Source: Euglena gracilis
Taxonomy: Eukaryota
Length of the DNA stretch: 64,000 nucleotides
Direction of reading: 5' to 3'
Assembly (NCBI GenBank): GCA_039621445.1
Contig: CP154954.1
Location: forward strand, 24,502,954-24,566,953
Every line of letters begins with the position of its first letter. The first letter of the stretch is position 1. Below, in pieces: positions 1 to 8,880 of the stretch. The position numbers and the translations under genes are program-made. The notes beneath the pieces are model-generated. The model was not told where the DNA came from and ran no database searches. It was given only the letters and a program-made list of their open reading frames with translations.

Positions 1-282
1 TGACATTGGTTTGCCCAGCTTGCTTGAACTCATATTTCATTATGCAATGATTTTCACTGTTTCAGTTTCTGTGTAGAACTGGTCAAAAACTTTGAATTTT
101 GCAACTTCCAGTTGTCTGGGAGTAGAGCTGTTTGCCTGCACCTTCCCCTTGTCCTTGACACGCCAAAATATATCGGGAAGGTGCAGTTGACGGGGGGGGG
201 GTGTCATGGACACACCGTGCCATATGTACTGTACCATAAAAAAATGGAATTTGGGTACGGGAAAATGCGGTTGACACGGGGG

Positions 283-736
283 CAAGCACCTATGATATGA
301 CTGGGCGTGACTGGGCGTGACTGGGTTCGAGGACCCTGAAAGGTGCGGTGACTTGACGTGACTGGGCGTGACTGGTTGATTAGATGTGCTTGAATAAATT
401 TCCTGTTTCTTCAGCCATTTCTAAACGCCATGCATCCATGCGTACTGTTGCTGATTGGGTTCTTTGGGCCCAAAATGAAGGATTTACTGATATTGTTGAA
501 GGTCCTCCCACACTGTCACCACAACATTTTTCATTGACCGCCATCTCTTTTCCATCAAACTGCATGACTGAGTTGCAGACCCGAGAGACCCTCACTTATT
601 TTGTTGCTTTGCAAAATTCTAGGCATCATGTCTGTTTGAAGCTTGGATGACTGGGATTTCTCTTAGCGTGACTGGGCGTGACTGGGCGTGATTGGGCGTG
701 ACTGGGTTTGGGATCCTGGATGACCATAGGTGCTTG
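283..736. mobile_element. hAT-like MITE, CAAGCACC family, with GTGACTGGGC subterminal repeats
   Basis: TIR CAAGCACCTATG / CATAGGTGCTTG; exact 8-bp TSD CACGGGGG at 275-282 and 737-744 (repeated at 1074-1081 by the tandem duplication). Confidence 0.85.
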
Positions 737-1084
737 CACGGGGGGGGGGGGTACTGTTGCTGCTTACTACATCCATGCGTACTGTTGCTGATTGGGTTCT
801 TTGAGCCCAAAATGAAGGATTTACTGATATTGTTGAAGGTCCTCCCACACTGTCACCACAACATTTTTCATTGACCGCCATCTCTTTTCCATCAAACTGC
901 ATGACTGAGTTGCAGACCCGAGAGACCCTCACTTATTTTGTTGCTTTGCAAAATTCTAGGCATCATGTCTGTTTGAAGCTTGGATGACTGGGATTTCTCT
1001 TAGCGTGACTGGGCGTGACTGGGCATGATTGGGCGTGACTGGGTTTGGGATCCTGGATGACCATAGGTGCTTGCACGGGGGGGG
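433..1084. repeat. Near-identical tandem duplication, 337-bp period
   Basis: 433-~751 is repeated at 770-1084 with only a few substitutions. Confidence 0.95.
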
Positions 1085-2639
1085 TTATGGACCAGCCGTG
1101 TCAAAGACAAAGGGGGGAAAGGTACAATTGCCCCCCAAAAATGTGTGACAAAATATGCAACAATTGCAAAAAAGAAGCTTTCCGCAAATGTTTCATTCTG
1201 CAAAAAAATCAAAATTTCAAAATATTTGAGTATTATGCAAAAGAATGGATGCAACGTGCATTTCCCTCCCCTGCTGTCTATCTGTTTCCATGTATAAAAG
1301 CTGGCCACCAGTTGTTTGAAAAGGTAGATGGGATTGGGACCTTGAGCAAACCAAGAGTCGGCTTGCTTCCAAAGTTGGCCAAAACCAAGAAGGGGCCAGC
1401 ACGCAAAAAATATATCAACAATACATGCTGGCGGTTGTATACCTCTTTAAGGACCCCAGGGGGTTTGTAGGGATGGACCTATGGTAGAAGTTTGGGCTGG
1501 TTAGCTCTCCCCTCTGCACCCATCCAATTGGGGAGGGGGTCCGGGGGGAGCAAACTCGAGAACTACTTTTGGGGGCTAACTAACTGAGAACCACTCTTGG
1601 GGGTCAATCTTGGGGTTCCAAAAGAAAATTTCCTGCGCTTCATGCAAAAAATAACAGAGGGCCTCACACCTCTGAGGGGGTCTGGCGAACCCACCCACCC
1701 TATCCCCTCCCCTGTCCCCCCCTCCCGGGGTTCCAACCTTTAAAAAATACCAGTACTCCGCATTCCAATCACTGTGACAACACCAAATGCCCTTGAAAAA
1801 CGCAGCCTTGATCCTCTTTTGAAGAAAAAAAATCTCAGCTGGGCTCCGCAAAGAGGGCTGGCCAGGCTTAATTTGACCAATCTGAGGGGGGGGAAGGGTG
1901 CCCCAGAGTGCCTGGGCAGGCAGGCACTAATGCCACGGGGGGGGCAGTGGCTGCCTGGCCATGGGACAAAGTGCGCGAAAACTGGGCTCGCCGCTAACTT
2001 TGAACAAGGAACCACTGGCTCATCATTTGGGTATTCAACTCGCAGACTCGTAAAATTCAACTCATAAAACATTCTCTGTCTCCCTTTCCCCATCAGGTTC
2101 AAGGGAAAGCGGGTAGGTAGTGATGTCCCTCATGAACAAAACGCTGTGGGGAATCACTGCGGGCGGCTTATTCGACCACCCCGGATCCCTGGGGGGCGGG
2201 TCCCCCCGGGGGCTAAAATATTGGGAATTATGAGAATCTACCACTCAACCAACGCTTCCCCATGGTCCCCCCTCCGGCGGGGTTTGGTCCCTGGTGACCC
2301 TGTTTTATCCCCCCCTTGTCCAAGGCACGAAATGTATTTGCCAAGGACGCCTTTCTGGGACACCACCCAGCGTTTGTTGTGAAGAACAGTGTCATGTAAA
2401 GCGCACCATTGAACCACCCTATTGCCCTATTTCAACGGTGAATTTGCTGTAGCATTCCAGTGCCTTGGGAGAGGTGGCGGATTTTTTTTGATGGGTTTCT
2501 GCTTGCTGTCTCATGTTACGTCATTCTAAAACAAAAAGTGTCTTTAAAAAAGAAGCATATTTATCAAGTTTTTGCCATACGGTTTTCGATCATGTTTCTT
2601 TTCAGTATTTCCCCGAACAAATCTTCTTTTCCCCCCAAA

Positions 2640-3460
2640 AAATCATAAATTGCTTGCCAATATATAGAGACAGTGTTTATGACAACTCATTGTCACTGGG
2701 CATTTTCGGAAGACCTCCACGTGATACACAATTTCCGGACCACGAAGGGGATAACACATTCCAAAGGCAGCGTTTTTGTTGATTTTTTTAAAGCTGTTTG
2801 TAGTGCCACAATCATTTTCCATATATATATACATATATGTATATATATATACATATATATACATATATATACATATATATATACATATATATACATGTAT
2901 ATATATTTTTTGAGGTTTCTGGAAGAGGTCTGGTTGAAAGTACTGCGTCGTTTGGAGATGATGGAAGGAACCCTGTGAAAATAAAACAGGAGAATGCAAA
3001 GAAGCCGTTTTCCGTTTCCGCAACCCAACAAAATCCCAAACCCAACTCAACAAAATAATTTTTGAACAGATCACTACAACAGAAGAAGGATACCACTGAA
3101 CAATCTGAATAGGAAACTACATTGCATTCACTGAAACATCAAACAGTCAAGAGAAGCAAATATTGAATGTTGGTGAGTTGTGCATTTTACACGTAAATTT
3201 TGAGGATAGGTGAGTGAGGCGAAATGTGCGAAAGCAATGACTGCTTGCAGGTAATTTCAGGATTTTCCCAAGGGAGCGTTTTGTATTTGTGAAGGATCTG
3301 ACAATATGTGGTGTACTTTTTTGCGGGGTAGAAGTGCAGGTGAAAAGTATCATCTTTGGTGGCTTCTTCCAAACACAAAGGTGTGCAAGGGGGTTCCTTC
3401 GCAAATACATTGATGTGCAAGCACAATTGGGCGAGGAGGAAATTGGTACGTGCTGGGGTG
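2640..3460 (-). repeat. Decayed dispersed repeat with coding-like remnants; second copy at ~63570-63830
   Basis: Shared CGGAAGACCTCCACGTGATACACAATTT and (minus strand) CATATTG(T/C)CAGATCCTTCA; interrupted by a TA-rich microsatellite. Confidence 0.6.
2821..2905. repeat. (TA)n/TACA microsatellite
   Basis: Direct inspection. Confidence 0.95.
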
Positions 3461-3574
3461 CGCTTTCATGGAGTGCAAAGGGGGCCAGCCGTGGGATTCA
3501 GCACAAAGAACTAGTGAAAGTGGTCAATGACACTTTATTCAATTTAGGCATATTATTAGGTTATTGGAATAGGG

Positions 3575-4180
3575 AAGCAGCCACCACTGGATGGCTCTGC
3601 TCGATGACCCGGAGCGCCGTGGGTGTCCCTGCCGCCGGAGGTGCCGGTGGCTGTGCTGGCAGCGGCAGTGCAGAACGCCATCTCTGCCCGACTCCCAGAC
3701 CTGCAAGCCCTCCTACGATGTCATCGGGCGGAGCGTTGCAAGCGGTTCAAGGCTGCGCTGCCCCGCTTGTGGAAGGAGGACCTGGGTGTCATCCAACGCT
3801 GGCTGCGGGTGCCGTGGGGCTCGTGCCCTGTCCTGGACGCCTTGGGGCAGCAGTGCCTCACCGCGGCGGCTGTGGATGGGGCTGTGCGCGCCTTCTGGGT
3901 CGACCAGATGCTGCGGAAACATGCGGGGCTAGATGAAGAGGAGCGCTGGAGGGCGTTCATCGGCTCGGCTTTGGTACTACAACCTGTCGCCACATGGCCC
4001 TCCTCACCCTGGACTGCAACACAGGTGTCTGCGGCCCTGCGTTTGATGCGGGAAGGTGCTGCGCCGGGTCTGGCCGGGGTCCCCATCGCGGTGTGGAGGT
4101 CGCTGCCACCTCCTTGGCCGCCGGCCGTCGCGCGTCTGCTGACGCAGCAGTGCTGGCCATCCTGCTGGCTCGATGCATAT
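3575..4180 (+). mobile_element. Non-LTR retrotransposon (LINE) ORF fragment: linker and N-terminal edge of the RT domain
   Basis: ORF 3623-4231 contains WTATQVSAALRLMREGAAPGLAGVPIAVWRSL...LLTQQCWPSCW, matching the T..EV..AL..M...KAPG.DG.....W...P..W pattern that precedes LINE RT cores. GC-rich island truncated at both ends; no YADD motif. Confidence 0.85.
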
Positions 4181-4620
4181 CATTTGTACATATCATTTGT
4201 ATTAGAAGGGGTTCGAATTGTTCAAACCTAACGAGTTACATTCGCGTTTACAATTTTTTTTTTCGGCGGGCAGGGTGCAGGGTCCCAGGGGTTTCGTAAA
4301 AATTGTGGATTTGCGTAGTTGCGCAAATTTCAAAAAAAACGTTTAAGTGCGAATCCGGCCGCCTAAGTGCGCACCCTGCTTCCAGAATGGAAATTGCGCA
4401 TTTTCACAAAAGCTACCATAATTTTGTGACTCAACAAGAAAAGTGCATTCCCTGTTGTCTAAGGAACTAATTTAGTTTGTTGTGAAGCGAGGGCACCTAC
4501 TGATGAAGAGCCATCAACAAGATGGCCCCTCTGGGCTTTTCACCACAGAAACACCGGATAGCGATGGATGTTTATGGTCGTTGGTCAACCATGGTGGCAG
4601 CGACGTCGATTTGCTTGGAC

Positions 4621-4641
4621 CCCCTCACCCCCCACCCCCAG
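4621..4641 (+). promoter_or_regulatory. Putative (trans-)splice acceptor upstream of paralog 1 ATG
   Basis: C-rich tract ending CCCCAG 11 nt before ATG 4653; same arrangement before ATG 24435 and ATG 38028. Confidence 0.5.
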
Positions 4642-4652
4642 GGTTGTCTGCC

Positions 4653-5050
4653 ATGGGCTGCGCCTCCTCCTGCGCCACCGTCGTGCCCCGCGCGGAGGCC
4701 CCGCCGTCTCGGGCCGCCGCCGCCGCCGCTGCCCTGAGGGCAGAGTCCAGCCTGCTCTCTGCCAACCCAAACCGACGTGACTGGTTGGAGCAAGTCGAGC
4801 GGTGGGTGGGGCAGGCTTGCCAGGGGTTGCGGGGGCACCATACGGTGTTTAGATGGGGTGTCTCCCCTCACGCCTCCCTCCTGGACCGGAGGGGGGTTCG
4901 ACCCACCCCTCTCCACCTGCCCTGGCATCGACCCCTGCCCATGACCGGCAGGGGGGCGGGACCGGGCAGCCAACGGTGAAGCCCCACGCCGCCGCAACCG
5001 CCTCGTTCGACCTGCTGGAGCAGGAGGAGGAGGAGCACTCCCCCAACCAG
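4653..5050 (+). CDS. Paralog 1, first exon(s): MGCASSC... low-complexity protein with predicted N-terminal acylation; contains a frame change (hidden intron, pseudogene or sequence error)
   Basis: GC-rich; starts MGCASSC; ends TASFDLLEQEEEEHSPNQ|GTTGCA, homologous to paralog 3 TVSFDGLEQVEEEPSPGQ|GCATTC with synonymous changes. The ATG frame stops at 4979. Confidence 0.6.
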
Positions 5051-5094
5051 GTTGCAAGGGCCGAGTAGTCAACGGGGTCAGGCCTCTTTCCTTA

Positions 5095-5230
5095 CCCCCC
5101 CCCTTGTTGTACGACCACCCCCATTTACGACCACCGCGCGGTCGCAGGTTGCAGGTTATGGGGGTGTTACGACCACCCCCCTGGTCACAGGTTGCAGGAA
5201 CCTGGTCGTACGACAAGGGGGGGGGGCGGG
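5095..5230. mobile_element. TA-target MITE, GGTCACAGGTTGCAGG family (copy 1)
   Basis: TA|CCCCCCCCCTTGTTGTACGACC ... GGTCGTACGACAAGGGGGGGGGGCGGG|TA; longer copies at 19119-19362 and 60426-60697. Confidence 0.9.
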
Positions 5231-5432
5231 TAATTGAAACAACTGTATCCTGTGTCGGGCTTTTTTGCCTCCAGCGCGTTGTGGCATTTCGATGTCGCGT
5301 GATGTGTCGTGGCGTGGTGTTGTGGATATTGTGTGTCTGTGTAGCTGTTTGTGTGTCCGGATGTTTGCGTGCGTGCATGGGTTTGTGCTTGTTCGTTGTG
5401 TTCGTGCACTGTGCCATCCTCAAGCCTCTCAG

Positions 5433-5627
5433 ACTTCCTCAGTGACTGGCCCTCTGGTTGCCCGGTTAAGTTCTGAGCCCCCGGGTCTGCCCCCGTCAGT
5501 TTCCGTACGCTGTCTGACGACGAGGACCTGACGGGCCCTACGGCAGCCTGCGCCAGCCCCCTGCCGCGGCGCCGCCCAAACGCCCTCCTCACGTTCCGTG
5601 TTCGGGCGCCCCCACGGACCCCCCAGG
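5433..5627 (+). CDS. Paralog 1, putative second exon (frameshifted)
   Basis: Acceptor CTCTCAG at 5432; GPLVAR and (other frame) PVSFRTL resemble paralog 3 exon SPVAQ...AVSFAL, with synonymous codon differences in VSF. 3' end approximate. Confidence 0.4.
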
Positions 5628-6415
5628 GCGAGAACGTGCTCACATCCCACCCACTGTTTGCTTTCATGGCCTGTGCTGCAATTGCACAGGTACACCCTGA
5701 TAAAGCGGCCTGATATTGTATGCCCAAGTAAACTACACCCCCTGCTGCAATTTGCTGCATTTCAGTGAAGGCAAATGATGTGCAAAATGAGACATCGGAT
5801 TGAAATTGCGCTCATTGCCTAAAAGATTGCTTAACAGATTGCAGATGAAATCAAACCACACACACATCAAACAGAGGGTACGTAAAATAATGCACGCTGT
5901 GGTTTGAAAACGTGAGATTTGTGGCAGGATTTTGAAATTTGGAGCATTCATCATGTCCTGGGCTTACCCCAAGCTTAATGTCTTTAAGCCCAACGTGCCC
6001 AGAAGGAAATACTGTAAAGGTTAATGAATTGGGCACACACACAGTGCAATTCTGACCCCTCGGCTTGCCCAGCGGGCAGCAGAGCCCATTTCCCAGTGTG
6101 GCCCGTCTGCCCATTGTAGCCCACTCCCCCAAGCCCTGGGCCGCGGAACACCGACCTCTGCCCCGCACCCACCGGGTCTCCCCCCTCCTCCCCCCGCGGC
6201 CCACTCGACCCCCCAGGGGCCTGCCCGCAGGCCGAAAGCTGCCGCAGCTGCAGTCCGGGATCTGGCTTGGGTGGCGCAGACTACCCCAATTTTTCTTTTC
6301 CCTCCCCAACCCTTCAGAGACAGATTTATTTGGTATTTCGCACTTCGTGAAGACGCCATCCTCCTCCCCCGAAAAAAAAACACAGCTACCCTCCTCAGGG
6401 GGGGGCAGGTTGGGT

Positions 6416-6629
6416 CAAGCACCTTCGGCGATGCAGGGCGATGCAGGGCGATGCGGGAATTTTGGAGGCGAAAGGTGGGGTTCCGATGCAGGGCGATGCA
6501 GGGCGACGCGGGGATTTTTTTTGGATTTTTTGGATGCGGGGATTTTGGATGGCTGAAGTGGGGTCCATATTTGGGCCCATACTGCTGGGCGATGCGGGGC
6601 CCAAAGGGGTGGGTGACCGAAGGTGCTTG
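6416..6629. mobile_element. hAT-like MITE, CAAGCACC family, with GGCGATGCAG repeats
   Basis: TIR CAAGCACCTTCGG / CCGAAGGTGCTTG; imperfect TSD (GGTTGGGT / GTTGGGGG); related pieces at ~23318-24210 and ~49570-49633. Confidence 0.75.
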
Positions 6630-7059
6630 GTTGGGGGGGAGGGGGCTGGGTGACAGGTTTACCGGGAAAGGGTGAAAAAAAAGCAGTTATTTCTGGGGAG
6701 GCTGACATAGCCGAAGATCGGGGGAGTAGGTACTCTGGCAGGCGGGGGGTGGGGGGGCAGGAGGGCATTTTCGTCGGTTTTGAAGTGGGTAGTGCCACAG
6801 AACACCCAGCGGCGCCGACCGAAGGTGCCAGGTGCCTGGAAATGGCTTTTGTAAAGGAAGATTGCTTGGTTTCCTAGGGCCGTGACCCAACACCAACCCT
6901 TCAGGTGCGGTATTAACAGGGAGCCTTCACATGGCCTGGCTGCCCCACAACCTCAAGCAGCGTTGATCTTTCCGTTTGAGACCTTTTTTTTGGTCTTCAG
7001 TGCCAATGGCCCTCACGGGCACCATCACCCTGATTTTGCAATCAATCTTCAGGTAACGT

Positions 7060-7205
7060 TACATACATACATACATACACACACACATACCTACCTACCT
7101 ACCTACCTACCTACCTACCTAACCTACCTACCTACCTACCTACCTACCTACCTACCTACCAACCTACCTACATACATACATACATGCACGCATGCATGAA
7201 TGCAT

Positions 7206-7240
<35 letters not shown>

Positions 7241-7531
7241 TCCGCGCAGGCAGGCAGGTATACATACATACATACATACATACATACATACATACATACA
7301 TACATACATACATACATACATACATACATACATACATACATACATACATACATACATACATACATACATACATACATACATACAATGTGTATACATACAT
7401 ACATACATACATACATACATACATACATACATACATACATACATACATACATACATACACACATACACACATACATACACACATACACAGTCATACATAC
7501 ATACATACGTACGTATGTACATTCATACATA
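7060..7531. repeat. Compound microsatellite (TACA)n/(TACC)n/(CACG)n
   Basis: Direct inspection; source of the spurious HTYI/MYVC ORFs. Confidence 0.97.
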
Positions 7532-7708
7532 CCTCCCCCCCTTGCCGTTGACACGGCGTGTCGTTGACACACCTCCCGTGTCAACGACACTTTTTGGGAA
7601 CATTACATATTGAATCACAGTGACATTGGCAGGGCGTGTCGTTGACACACCCCCAGTGTCAACGGAACTCTTTTGGAACATTGGCGTGTCAACGACAAGG
7701 GGGGGAGG
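7532..7708. mobile_element. TA-target MITE, GTGTCAACGAC family
   Basis: TA|CCTCCCCCCCTTGCCGTTGACACG ... CGTGTCAACGACAAGGGGGGGAGG|TA; decayed relative at ~20190-20345. Confidence 0.9.
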
Positions 7709-7715
7709 TACATAC

Positions 7716-8046
7716 CAGACAATTGCTTAAGCATTGACCAACCCCCCCCCGGGGGGGTGGGTGACTGGTTTTTTCAAAGTGACTGACTGGTTTTTGGCCC
7801 GACCCCCCCCCCCGGGGAGGGGGTCGGCCAGGAGTGGGCAAAAGTGGCTTGAGTGACCCCGGCGCCGGAAAAATTTTTTGGGCCTAAAATGGCCTAAAGT
7901 GACTGGAAAGTGGCCGTTTTTCTGAGTGGCCGACCCCCCCCGGGGGGTAGTGACTGGCTGGTTTTTTGAAAATGAGTGACTGACTGGTTTTTAAAAAAGT
8001 GGAGTGACCCCCCCTCCCCCCCCGGGGGTCGGTAAGCAATTGTATG
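7716..8046. mobile_element. hAT-like MITE, GTGACTGACTGG family
   Basis: TIR CAGACAATTGCTTA / TAAGCAATTGTATG; exact 8-bp TSD GTACATAC at 7708-7715 and 8047-8054; second copy at 45023-45803. Confidence 0.9.
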
Positions 8047-8479
8047 GTACATACCCCAGTAGTTAAACAGGTGGGATCAGACCCCCTGCGTTCATAAAGA
8101 GAAAGTTCGCCAGTTTTTTGCGCTATCCCGAACAAATTTGTAGTTTGGAAATATCCATATAGGATTTAGGATAGGGGCAGTGTTTGAGTTAGGGTTAGGA
8201 TTATTATTATGGTGAGAATTAGGGAAATGGTTATGATTAGAAAGTTTGGCTTGTTTCAGGGCCCAAAATTAGGCTAATTCAAGCGTACGTGTAAACCCAA
8301 TACTAATACCTTTCTTAGTGACAATCATTCTCCGCCTAAAAATGCTCAGGGACGGTGTATTTTGCGGTGTATTTCGACTCCCGAATGAGTTTCTAGCACC
8401 TGTACCAGAAAAGAACCAATGCCAGGCACTGTCACTGTCTAAACCATTGTGAAAAAGCGATCTAGACGAGCAAGGATGC

Positions 8480-8880
8480 AGTAACATACCTCACTTGCTC
8501 CCCAGGCCTCACCCGGACAATCTTTCCTTCCGACAAAATGATCTTCGACCAGTCGAACACCTGATGCTTCCTGGCGTACTCCAGTCTCTTGCGCTTGTTC
8601 GTCCAGGACAGCAGTGGCTTCTGCACGTCCCGAACGATGCGGCACCCCAGCCGACGCAACATGCGCTGCACCGTTGATTTTGAAGGGCGCGCTGGTATCT
8701 GCAAATGTATACAACAACACAGACAAGCCCCAGAAGCATTTGTACACTTATATCACAGTTCCAGGGGGTCGGTTGGTCAATGCTCCCAGCATGACGGCGT
8801 GTAACGCCAGCTGGGTCGCCCCCGAGAAAGGATGTTTGTTGGCGAGGCGGAACAGTGCGTTTTGTACCCGAGCATGCATA
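8480..8880 (-). pseudogene. Tc1/mariner (IS630-Tc1) transposase fragment: DNA-binding region up to the first catalytic motif
   Basis: RLANKHPFSGATQLA ... SKSTVQRMLRRLGCRIVRDVQKPLLSWTNKRKRLEYARKHQVFDWSKIILSEGK matches Tc1 S..TV.R.L...G......KPLL......RL.FA..H....W..V..SDE. Catalytic remainder absent. Confidence 0.85.

Larger units (their letters stand above)
141..1122. mobile_element. TA-target MITE with CC..CCCCTTGTC TIRs (same family as 34330-34658), carrying a nested hAT-like element
   Basis: Left CCTTCCCCTTGTCCTTGACACG, right CGTGTCAAAGACAAAGGGGGGAAAGG followed by TA (left flank CA); empty site visible in the 54 kb copy of the host. Confidence 0.8.
1..1520. repeat. Dispersed repeat (host element), interrupted by nested insertions at 141-1122; inverted copy at ~54150-54620
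   Basis: 95-140 (GCAACTTCCAGTTGTCTGGGAGTAGAGC) and 1123-1520 match the reverse complement of ~54150-54605, which reads TTTGCCTGTA|TAATTGCCCCC across the empty site. Outer boundaries approximate. Confidence 0.8.

Noticed and set aside
296-375. GTGACTGGGC, CCGGAATAAA (49790, 51820) and ~30-bp GTGGTTCACATGTG (40850, 42290) repeats as CRISPR-like arrays
   Set aside because: Tandem or degenerate with no unique constant-length spacers, located just inside TIRs, and no cas genes; they are subterminal TE repeats.
380-595. Minus-strand 71-aa ORF inside the hAT-like MITE as a captured gene
   Set aside because: Short, no recognisable motif, and its repetition is explained by the tandem duplication.
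7148-7613. ORFs rich in HTYI/MYVC, and HTHT/CVCV or ERER ORFs at 32.1, 34.5 and 39.3 kb
   Set aside because: Translations of stop-free microsatellites.
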